A stretch of 64,000 nt of DNA from Catajapyx aquilonaris (Eukaryota), in the NCBI GenBank assembly GCA_000934665.2, contig KZ538817.1:1-64000 (forward strand). Direction: 5' to 3'. Every line of letters starts with the position of its first letter. The first letter of the stretch is position 1. Position numbers and translations under genes: made by a program. This document shows, piece after piece, positions 37,901 through 48,915 of this stretch. The notes below the pieces were generated by a model that did not search any database, had not been told where the DNA came from, and was given only the letters and a program-made list of their open reading frames with translations.

Positions 37901-40900
37901 GAGTGCACGTGGTGTAATCGGTTGAACTTATGGCGAGCAGAAGATCACTTCATGTAGAGGTGTCCTTTGGTCTTAGAATGCTTGTTACTGAGATAATGGG
38001 CTTCAAACAAAATTCGCTCACAAACGTGCAATTTTAACATTATCACATGTAGGCCTAGCTGGATGCGGTACGGCGATGAAAGTGTCATAGGCTGTATCCT
38101 AAACATATATGTGACAACAAGTAACGAGAATTCGGGTATACCATATAGGGATCCAGTAGTGTCCAAAATAACGTTTGAATGAAACAGGCTATTACGATTT
38201 ATGGCACCACGGGTCAAATTAATAGAGGTTTGCCAGGCTCTTTGGCAGTATTTGTGCGGATGACCAAGTGATAACTCTGATCCGGAGTTTCCGGTCGCCG
38301 TTCGCAGATTGCACAAATTAATTCGCAGGAAAGCTTACGGTACTGTGCTCCAGATCTTGTTACACCTAATCCAACTGTGTGCTGTAGAATTTGCCCATAT
38401 AACGCTTCGAAGATTAAACTCTAGTCGGCAGAAGTTTGAACAGAAATAAGCTGTTTCGTGCTAAGCCTAATTAGCCGTTTTCTGCAACGAGGGAAAGCGC
38501 GGGAGGATTGAAGTATCAAAACTATTGTCAAGACAAATTAAGCGCCACTCCTGAAAGAAACCCTTCACCTTTCATTACATCACGTATAATTGCTTTCCTT
38601 GCATATCCTCCCACGGCTTAACTTTTATCCGAACCCTGAACATGAATACAATTTTTATGGACCCTCGACTCTGCAGGCAAGAGTAAATTTTTCATGCGAA
38701 AATGCCTACTTGTGTTTTACCATTGCTCGAGTTATTTTCTGACAATCACTTGTAATTTAGTTTAAACCAATCACGAAAAAGTGTTCCATAAGTTAGCTAT
38801 ATCTAATGGCCACATAACCATTGAAAACTTTTCCTATAGGCAGACCACAGAGCAACTTTGTCTTACTATATTGTAAGCAAGATTAAGGAAAACATAATAA
38901 TATCATTCTTTCAGGTTTGGATTGTTTAGAATTTTCTGACATTTTGGACTGTCCTATGAGCGCACTGATAATTACATTGTAAATTAGATTAATTATTATT
39001 AGTGGTAGAATCCATTTTCCGCAGCTCGTCAGTATAGCAAAGAGCTTCCTGGCTAGGAGCAAAGGGAAAGAGAACAAAAAAAAGGGGAAATCCAACAAGT
39101 ATCGTCCTGGAAACTGTTCCCTAGTCGGAAATCCTAAACACCAAGAGTTGACCTCCCGAGTCCCAACGCGGCAATGACCAAAGGCCAGCAAGAGGCCCAA
39201 ATGACGCCTACTGTTAGGCCCAGCAAGCGCCAACTATACGCTCCCCGCGCAATTTAATTCCAATTATGCTGGGCTGTTTGTAAGAAAACGGCAGCAGAGT
39301 TTGGCCTGGTCCTTGGGGCGCCTCTTCCGCCCCTGGAATGGCGCCTAATGATGCGAAGGGAGGGCCTCGCACTGCTGGACCCGCTTAGCTGATGCTGCTG
39401 CTGGCCAGCAACATTCTTTCATCTAGTTTTCAGCTTTTGTGCCTTTGTAAAGGACCTCCCAAACTTTCTCTATTCGCACAATACCAAAATGTCCCACCAG
39501 CAATCCTGAGCATCTCGTCCATTCCGGTTCCCTCCAAATTCATCGCTTTGCTTCAGGAAAATAACAAGTTCTGACCCAAGAATTGCGTGAATTTGGTTTC
39601 CCCTTCTCCCATCCCCCACCCTCTCGCCTCGTCCCTACCTCCCCTTTGCCAAATAAATGGCAGTTTGCAAAGTTTTCCGGATAACTACCAATCAATGAGG
39701 GGCCTCTGGTGTGTACCAAACCTGCTAGCTCGAGCCATCCCCACCCTTACTAAGAGGCATTTAGGCGAAGTGCATTAGCACTTTGAAGATTGTCTCCTAC
39801 AAACACTATTATCACATTTTAAGCCAACATGTGATTGCCATGCGTGTACATACGTAACTCAATATGGTTTCTCAGATAACCCTCCACTGGCATTCTCCAA
39901 CTTGGGACCACCCCTTCTCTTAGAAGGGCATTCAGGTGGAGTGAATCCTAATTAGCATCACTTAAGCCTGGTAAGGTTTCATTTATTTCTATTATGGCTG
40001 GATGATAATCGAGTAAAACAAGCCGTGCAGGTACGGCCCTCACTAAACCACCAACGGCTCTGTTTATTTCACCGGGATAAGAGAGGCCGGGGCGGGTTTT
40101 CCTTGTGCCGGTTCGTCAAATAAAGATGTCTCCTGCTCACGGCATCTCTCTCCAAGGGCGATATGTGGCCACTCCTGTGATGCCCAACATCTTCATCTTC
40201 AAGGGTTGGAACTACGGAACACGTTACCCTCTCAAAATTTGACCCATTGCATCGTAGCAGATAGAAATTGTGCATTAAAACTAAGTGCATAATTTTATTT
40301 ACTGGATGCGAAAAATTATGCACTATAGGCGTGTATGAAATTATTCAGTAGGTAGTACGTAGTAGGTGTATAAAATTTCGTAAAAGTAAATAAGGCTGTC
40401 GCAGTGTGATTAAAATTACTTAATGTCGCCAATAATTTTATATATTAGGAGCATATTTTAACATTTTTAGTGTACCAACCGCTATGCACTAATCGTATAA
40501 CCTGTAATGTAACGAGTATATGGTTCGTGCCTAATGAACCGGACCACGTCTTTCCAGTTTTTACACCCCTGAAGCTGGTGTATAGCACCGAGAACTTGCA
40601 GATCAACGTTTGCATATAGTTTCCAATCGTGCCTGCAGTCATGCACACTTGTGTTGGTTTATGCGGTGGTCGTGGTAATTTCTGAGGTAATTCCTAGACT
40701 GCTGGTGGTTCTTGCATGCCGAAACGAGACAGCCATGGGAGGGGGTCAGCGGCGCAGCAGGAGGAAGATGGAAGGAGTTATGTAGATGTGAGAGGTTTTT
40801 TCCCCTCGTGTGTGTGTGTGTGACCCCCACCATCACAACCCTTCCAGATCCTGGCACAGTATAAGAAGTGTATGGAACTGCGAAATATCCTGGCTAGCAA

Positions 40901-43900
40901 GACCGGTCTGTGCCACCCAACTGAAGTATCGCATACGCACGTCCCTAAATTATGGCTATCAGATCATCTTTATACGCCTCTTGCGCATTCAAACGGTCCT
41001 TAATTAGCATGTGTGTTTATATAGCGAGTGGCATTATGCGTGCGGCTTTTATTGGAGGCTCGTATATTACATACTGCGATAAGCTGGGTTCACACAGGCT
41101 GTTTGTCTTTTCAGTCCTTGCGGTTGACCAATCAGCGCTCTTTCGATTTTAGGACTGGGTTAGTTGACGCAATGCCGTACATCGATTCGAATGCATTTCT
41201 TCTCCAAAAAAAATTCTAATACCACCTTGTCTAAGCGCTGGTGAATTTTTAAGCTTCTTTCGGAGCGGCTGGGCCTCATCAATCTGCTTTTTCCCTCCGC
41301 TACTTTCTTCGTGTAATACGCGAATTGAAATAGGGAAAACTAGTCTTCCGGTTCCCACGGGGCCTAAGTAATCAGGGTGAGGGCTTATTCCGCAAACATA
41401 ACGGGGTGAATAAATCGACGCCACGGGGAATGAATTTTCCTTTCAGGCGGCCAAGAAGTTCCCCTTCCATGTCGCGCTCCTTCACATCGGAAGGTCCTCT
41501 GATCGCGACCAGAGAAGTTCTTTACACCTCTCTTTTTTTTGATTCTTTGGCTCGGTGAGGTGTAATGGACACGACGGCGTGATGGAATTTCTGATCCCGG
41601 GTAAATTCCACAGAAACGAGTTTCTTTTTAGCTTGATGGCCACTTCCGTGTTATTTTACATGAGTTGTCTAACTTGATTTTAAGCGTGGCTTACCATTCC
41701 TGTTTGAGGATGGACCAGTGCTGCAGGTGACATCATTACTCTTTGCAAGTCGAGGCAGCTCACCTTAGATCGTGCACTGCGATGGCGTCGTAAACGCTGG
41801 GTGTTCTAACAGAATGGCTATGATAAAAATTCGAGTTAAAATTTTCTGCTGTGTAAGAAGTTGGCATATAGGTAAGAATTAAAGCAGTAAATTATTTTCA
41901 TAATTAGTGAAATTACATGCTGCGTTAACTCAACTAGCTAACATGTGATTCTGGGGCATTTCTCACGTTTTGTATATAAGTGTAGCATATATATAGTTAT
42001 TTTTATAACAAATATGGCCAATTGAGTCAGACTATATAATTAGCATAATATTTCTAGGGTAGGTCCCGACCAAAGTAGCCGGTACTGCACCGGCGTAATT
42101 CCCGGAAGAGTGAACAAAACAGGCTGAAACAGCAAAAAACCTCGGTGGTTCAACCCTTAATTACCGCATACTACAGGAAGTGGTCAGCAGCATTCCGGAC
42201 CCCGCGATATCCTGGCACGATTCTAAAACGGGTGGCTCTCGGATTCACCAAGATTTTCCCTGCTAGATTAATCATAGTCGTATGAATTAGGTCGACGTTT
42301 GCTCTGAGGTCCCTGCATAATTTAGACTTGGGAGCGGAGATCAGGGCCTCTGGACTTGATGTCATCCGAGACATATCCGAGGGGCATGCCAGCTAGTAGA
42401 AGGGGGTGGGGGGAAGGGGGAGGAGGACTCTTGAAAAGACAAAGGTCGCCCCCTGTACGTGTCCAGTCGGAGAAAATTAACGTACTCGCATATTACATTA
42501 ACAGCAGCAGGGAAGGGGAAGGACCACGAAAAAATATCCAAAAGTCGAGTGGACGACCGGATGCGATGAATAATTAAGGTAGCCTATAGGTCCCCCACTC
42601 CTGTCGGTGTCGGAGGACAGATTACATCTTAACGTGGGGAGGGCAGCCTCCCGTGACCTATCTGCTGGAGAGGGTGGTCACGTACATTTTCAGCCAGTAA
42701 TGGGCACAAGTTAGCTATTCCGAAGAGGTGCGGTCCGCAGGTGGTCGATGTCTTCGCGGAGACGGGTAATTACAAAAGTTGCCCTTCCGGTATATCAAAA
42801 GGCTGGGAGTGACCAATGAAGTAATTGACGCCCAGGGGTCATTTCGGACTGCGCTTGTTGGTATGCCAGCATGGAATAATGAAAGTGCCAAAATCTATTA
42901 TTTGTTTAGGAAAAAACCGTATCCTGGAGCTATGCAACCATCATCACTCACTGGAGTGCTGGTGGTTGTATAGCGCCAGGATATGGAACCGGAGGGTTAC
43001 TGTTTGTGACATAGGGTTGGGGGTGTCATATTTTGAACCACACTGTGTGAGTTAGATTTTGATCTGCCTAACCGCTACTTGGCCACCGTGCACGAAAAAA
43101 GAGAATTATTTCCGGACACCAAACGTGAACCTTCTGTATTCTCCTGGAGGGAACAGTGGAAGCACTTGACTAGGGCAATTCTAGGAAGAGCATGACTCTG
43201 GAGACCATTGTAGCAACTATGGGGTCCGCAAAAATGTGGATAAAAAAATCCACCTCGAGAGCTGCTGCGGGATGGCTGTTCATCTCTAGGTACCTCTCTT
43301 GGGAGTCGAACTCGAGACTCTTCTTGATCCCGGGCTGCTGTCCCTGCGGTAGCCTCTCTTTCTCTCCCCCTCTTCTCTCTCTGACTGTGCTTGCAGCCCC
43401 GTGTGCCAACCACGTCTCTACTACCAAACGTGATCTCCAGGGCAAGTAGGACAGCACATGACTGCGTGACTTCTCCTGTCCGGCCAAAGTTGCCTGCGGG
43501 ACACACGCTGATTTCTTTTGGCTCCCCGGAGACATTGCGTTAATTTCCACTCTACTTAAAGGATGCACGACTTCTAGTGCCTGGCTCATAAGCTGCTGGA
43601 GAAGAATTGGAAAAAGATAAGAGCCTGATTCTGATTGGCTGAGAGGGTTCGGTCGGTCCAGTCAGTGGGTATGGAATAAACATGGCGTTTCTAAAATACG
43701 TCGACGAAAATATTCCACGTCATTGCCTGAATTAGAGTGTAGAATATGCACTTTTCCTTGGGGAGTTCTTAGATTTTGGTTCAACTTTTGGTGGTGTCCT
43801 GGCCCCCATGATGAGGCTCATTGAGAGTCGGACTCGGCCGGACCAATCAGAGGCCGGAAGATAAGACACCACAAGATGCCAAAAGTTGGGTGTAGGACTT

Positions 43901-45001
43901 GGGTCTCCCTCAGGATCGCTTAGTTTCACACCCAACTTTGGAAACTCACGCGGATAAGAGTTGGTGGCCAATGAAAATCGGCCTCCCCTTTTATTGCTCT
44001 TTGCCGAGTCATTCTTGCTAAGGGACAACTTAGTGTTGTCGATGTAAAAGAGGGGCTCAGAATGTCGCTCCAGAGCTCGGCAGTCAATGTTGGGATTGGC
44101 GATTAACTTGCAATGGTTATGCAGTACTTAGGATGGCGATGCAAATTGTATCCGGATGGACACTGGTAAAGGTCTTCTGTCAAGAATGCCTTATTTACAA
44201 CGGGCCATTAACTGGATCTGAGAGGCCGTTCCGGAGTTGCGTTATTCGATCTTTAATGATGGCGTGAAATGGTCGGGATTCAAATGTTTCCATCATTCAG
44301 TGAGCCATTACTGATACAGACTCATCGTACGATGTCTCGGTATACACAAGTTGAACTACATGCATAATTTCCGCGACTTTAACTAGTCCTGGCTAATCAA
44401 TTGCAGTTCTTGTAACTTTTGTTAGTGTGGTCATTCGGCTTGGTATGGTCAATAGTGGGGCTGAGCTGGCTCCTGCTGCTGCCTTGAGTCAGAGGGTAGC
44501 GAATAATTGTCGACAGCTCCAAGCAAAGCCAAGGCGGTTGTAACAGCTCCAGGTAAAGCTCAAGACGGTCGTTTTGGAGAGACGCTTGTTATATCCTCTG
44601 GGTCCCTCCAGTTCGAATGGGCGCTTATGCATGCGGGTCCAGGCGGGCCGTCAAAATAGCGCAAGACGGGCGTAATGAAGCGCAGCTTGTGATGCCCCCC
44701 CTACTATTCTCCCCCACTCTAAGCTTGCACCCCTTGATACAAGAGAGAGACAGGCGGGGTGAGGACCCCTGCATGTTATTCGGTAGGCTCCAGCTCAGAC
44801 CTGTGTGTTTTGCAGATGAAGTCAACCGGGCCGCGGTGGAGGAATTGGGCGCACCCATGGGACTATCATCGCTCTCCAGCCGGCCCATCGGAGCTCAGGC
44901 ATCCGACGACACCTCGGCCAAACTGCGCTGCGACGCTTGCGACGCCCGATTCGACTCGCTCAAGCCCCTGCTGGAACACAGGAACTTTGACTGCCCTTCA
45001 G
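16015..45001 (+). CDS. Oaz: Oaz / ZNF423 / ZNF521-like multi-zinc-finger transcription factor, 5' part; coding exons 16015-16054, 30045-30137, 44816-45001; gene continues beyond the window
   Basis: Spliced: MSRRKQAKPRALK-R-GEWDSECAGKNDEAAEDEVTCPAANNLGIK-D-EVNRAAVEELGAPMGLSSLSSRPIGAQASDDTSAKLRCDACDARFDSLKPLLEHRNFDCPS. N-terminal NuRD motif closest to ZNF521/423 (MSRRKQAKPRSLK/SVK as recalled); the C2HC finger resembles ZNF423 finger 1 ([24 protein letters not shown]). All junctions are GT-AG and phase 1. SALL, BCL11 and FOG families share the motif but fit less well. Confidence 0.8.
16889..16957 (+). repeat. (TAA)23 microsatellite preceded by (CAT)4
   Basis: Read directly from the sequence. 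Confidence 0.98.
18780..18985. mobile_element. Degenerate ATCG/TATCGA-rich element, probably related to the MITE at 13172-13448
   Basis: Dense atatcga/tatcgat/tatcgc motifs in an AT-rich context; termini not recognisable. Confidence 0.35.
22495..22668. mobile_element. Degenerate small MITE (pogo/Tigger-like TIRs)
   Basis: tgtagtgggccctggttat (22495-22513) and ataacagggcccatcaca (22651-22668) are imperfect inverted repeats around an AT-rich core. Confidence 0.45.
23909..24075 (+). mobile_element. tRNA-derived SINE (head with GCT anticodon loop), 5'-degenerate
   Basis: tagtggatagggccg-tccga-ctGCTaa-tcggg-aggtcctgGGTTCGAATCCcgg followed by ggttttctgtggttttcca...ggccacagccgcttccttcc, a body typical of arthropod SINEs; no acceptor stem or long variable arm. 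Confidence 0.8.
26499..26525 (+). repeat. (TGT)9 microsatellite
   Basis: Read directly from the sequence. Confidence 0.95.
30045..30137 (+). CDS. Oaz: Oaz/ZNF423-like candidate coding exon 2 (93 nt, phase 1-1)
   Basis: Strong acceptor ccttctttttccttctccttccag|, donor aag|gtaaag; open acidic frame GEWDSECAGKNDEAAEDEVTCPAANNLGIK that joins exons 1 and 3 in frame. Confidence 0.72.
44816..45001 (+). CDS. Oaz: Oaz/ZNF423-like coding exon 3 with C2HC zinc finger (186 nt, phase 1-1)
   Basis: Acceptor tgtgttttgcag|, donor cag|gtaggc; encodes LRCDACDARFDSLKPLLEHRNFDCPS (C-x2-C-x12-H-x4-C with F and L at canonical finger positions); GC3-rich codons. Confidence 0.88.
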
Positions 45002-48000
45002 GTAGGCGCCTCTAGAGACCATCATGCTGATTATAGTTGGAAGATGGCGCGATTTTGGTAAAGGGGAGTCCAATGCCTGGAGATGGTTATAGTCCAGCTA
45101 AGGGACTCGCCTTTGCTTGATCCCAACGCCCGTTCTGAGCTCAAGGAGAGATGTCTTGGGGCGAATGTATCCGGCTAATGTATCGGAGAAATTATGCATG
45201 ATCTTGGGAGATGGTCAGAAAGGCCGCGAAAAGTTATTGTCCTGATGGAATGAATTAATATATTTACAAAATGAGTGTTTGTATGCATACTGCATACAAG
45301 TATATTCTTCAAGTGTGAATATTAGTTGACTTCATCGATTATGAAATGATTTTTCAGTAGCTTTGATTTAAAATATTACGTTAATTATCAAATTACGTAC
45401 CTATGACTGATAGTTAGGCTGGTCATCCGAACGAGCGAGTGCCAGATGGCATTGCTGTTCCAAAAGTTGTAAAAGATGTTTCTAAGCATTGTGGAAAGTA
45501 ACGTAAATCGCGAAAATCACAATTAGTATAGATATTGGTGTATCTCGAAGAAAAAAACAAAAACATTTCTCTCTGCTCAATCCGCAGTCTTGCCAGTAAA
45601 ATATTACCAAAAAATGCAGGACTCTTATGTACACTTCAGTCACGTCACATATTTCGGAGTAGATGTAATAAATAGCGGTATACTATAGGTACTATTTGGG
45701 AAGAGCGGCGATTATGAAATCATGAAGTGACTTGGGACGTTGCACTAGATCGAAAACAAATTTCTCAAGATTTGAATGATGTTATTCGTTGTTTACTAAT
45801 AGTTGCTAACAATTAATAACACCCGTTCAATCTGCTAAAGTACCGTATCCGACTGATGTTACCCTCCACCACACTGCTGTGTCTAAGTGCTGCCTGGTCG
45901 TGCCTCATTAGGCGCTGCCAGGACTCGTCATTTAAAGTTTAGGTTTTTTTTTTGTCTTTGCGGTAGCGGTGTTCCAAGAAAACTGTTCCTACATCTCTGC
46001 CCTGAGAAACGTTGTCACATTGTTGACGAAGAAAACTTTTCTCTCTCTACCATTTTCTGGCATTTATTCACTCACAGTCGCGCCGCTCCGAAAGATTGCC
46101 ATATGGCCAGCCTTATGTGCCAGCTGGTGAGTCAACCTAAGATTTAACCTAAACTCAAGAACCAAGAAGAGAATGAGTGTATTATTAAAAATCAAAAAAT
46201 AATTTAGAGTAGGCTATGATTCACATCATCCAGATTTTTGTAGGACCTGAGTTATGGGTGCTGAGATTAAGATAAGGCGACTGCCATTCGCTCCCTGCCA
46301 GACTTGCACCGTTTACAGGCACCAGCCAAGAACTATCTTATATAACGAGACGATAATGTTACAGATGATTCTCCAACCATTGACCTAATCATGCGACCAT
46401 TTGTCAGCCAGATGCATAGATGGAAGAAAGTCGAGGCGTAAATTACAGTGGGCGCGAGAAGAAAAAGATGTCACGGGCGTAATCGGGTGAAATATTGCCC
46501 GCTGCTCCCTTTGATGCCTTGATAAAAGTGAGCCAACCAGAAACGTGTCCAATTGAGCAGCCTCTCTGGGGTATTGTTGCCAGCAGGAATTTTCAGGGGA
46601 CGAGAGAAACACGCATGATTCATACATGTGGCGTCTATTTGTAATCTTTAATTAATTTCGTTGGGTTTTCCTGGCACGGCACGTGTCAGGTCCAGCGAAT
46701 TGATATCACTTCTACAGGACAGCTCGCTTATTAGAAGCGCGACGAAATATGTATTTTCGTCCAAATGATTACAATATATTAGAGAAAAGCGTTGTTAGTC
46801 CACAGCACAATAACATATTAATCTGGACAGCCCCTCACAGCCCCAATGTTGACGGTGTCGGCGCGAGGAAACCGGACAAAAGTTGCCCTTTGTCAGCTGC
46901 CACGTCTGCTTCTTCTGGGTTACACACGGCCCCAAATGAATTCTTAAAATAATTCCCTTTGCACCGGACTGAAATCCTCCACAGCCGACAACCTGGCTGG
47001 TTTTCCCTTCTGTCACCCAACATGTCTCATGTACTGTATGGTAGGATGTGTTAGGGGGAGAATAAGCAGGAGGCTCAACTTTTCCCCCGCATGTAGCATA
47101 CCCTAGGCCTATATGAACCCAGCTCTGAAATATTTCATAACCTCGACTTCCTCCTATTTTTACCACCGCAACTCGGAAACCTGCTAGAAAAACGCAGAAT
47201 ATAAAAATTAGCACCTGCAAATCTTTTGTGTAAGGAACTCAGGGACATTGTGGCTACCTTTCACCAGAGTTACAGGCATCTTTCACCAGGTGTGAAATCA
47301 AGGTGGTCATCACCTGTGCTAGGTCCCATCAGACAAGGATCGTTTTCTCCTAATAAAAAGGCTCGAGGGAAAAAATGTCTCACGTGCACTTTCCAATCAA
47401 CCCGACTATAGTTAGGCGATGAGGCGTGCCAAATCGGAGATGGACACTCATCCGAATCGCGAATCCTGCATGGCGGGCTTTTCAAAATGCACAGTTGATG
47501 GATCGCCATGTGTTGTGCGAAACCCCGAACGGGTATTATAACGGCGTAAGACTGGGTGCTATTGTGGCGTGAAAAAATTGGGGTGTTAAGTAATTGCAGT
47601 CGATGCTTTTCTGAGCCTTGAACTTTTCTGGAGTGGTTCTAGTCCTATAGAGAGCACAAAGTGTTTGAGTGTGACACCTGTGCATCGGCTCCGATCTCTC
47701 GCTTGTCGGATTGAGCAGAAGAGAAAGGCAGTTAGGCCCAGTGGGAGATTCGGGAGCAACTGTAAGCAATTTGCTCCCCAGTCGACGGGGGCCAAGTCGA
47801 GGCACCTAGACCTGATTTGGGGCTGGGGCGGCCTCGGAGGACCCCGGCCCTAAGCCTCTGCCACATCGGCAAAGTGGCAAGCTTCCAGCCGGAATTGTTT
47901 ATTTGAGAAGGGGCCCGATGCCTTGGTTTTATTCCCGATAAATTTTTAATGCGGAGGTGCAGGGCTTAGGCTACTCCCTAGAGGGGACGCCTCGTAATTT

Positions 48001-48772
48001 TAGGTCTGGCCCAAGTATTGTGCGGAGAAAGGGGAGGGCCTTTATATACAGTTGCTTACTTTTGGGGCTGTTGTTGGTGAGCAAAGTGGCACATAGATGA
48101 GGCCTTTTGCAGAGCAAGAGTGCTGGCGAGGGATCCTACATGCATGGAAAGTGGGATTTATTGCGTCGTGGGGATAGATGCACTCTACTGCCCAATTAAT
48201 TCGGGGCGCATGTTTCGCAACTCGCCACGCATTCAGCAAGATGTGCGTTTTATACCGGCGTTTTGCTTCCTACCAAGCTCTCCATTAGGGGCTGACTCTT
48301 GTACCTAGGACCTAGGTTATTAATGGTTTTAGTGACAAAGAGAGAGTGGGGGTGTGGAAGCACAGACTGGTTTGGATTTTTAGTGGAGGAAGCTGTGATT
48401 TAATAAGGAGGATCGAGGGTTGAGGCAACAATTAAGTTATATTTGCGTGTCATTATATTTGGCGGGGGGTTTTAGGCGGGAAAGGCGTCATTCATATGCT
48501 TCGTTGTGAGCAGCGATAATTTTAGTGGCCTAACTAATTAACTAACTATCAACCAATCAAACACTCAATTTGTGTCCAGTGCACATTATAAACATGAATC
48601 ACTATGTACAGCAGTATTGGAAAATGTGAAACTCATTTTTGTATCAGGTTGTAATAAAAGTGAGTGTCTAGCTGGTTTTTTGAGTTTGACTAACTGCCAA
48701 GAGAGACTTCAAAAGTAGACAAAAAAATTCTTACATTTTGCCCTTTTCCTGCAGTTAGGATTACATTGCGTG

Positions 48773-48915
48773 TTGCGTTAATTTAAGATTCCAGTGAAAT
48801 ATTCAGTGACTGGTGCATGCTCTGCGAATATAAATGTCATGATTTTTGGATGCTGTACTTATCTCCCGCAGGGAATTATCATGCAAAGTTTCACTGAAAT
48901 TCTAAATTAACGCAA
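48773..48915. repeat. 27-bp inverted repeat pair, probable MITE remnant
   Basis: ttgcgttaatttaagattccagtgaaa (48773-48799) versus tttcactgaaattctaaattaacgcaa (48889-48915), 24/27 complementary. Confidence 0.6.

Noticed and set aside
41430..41500. Acceptor-like ttttcctttcag in intron 2 as an additional exon
   Set aside because: No strong frame-compatible donor and no peptide support.
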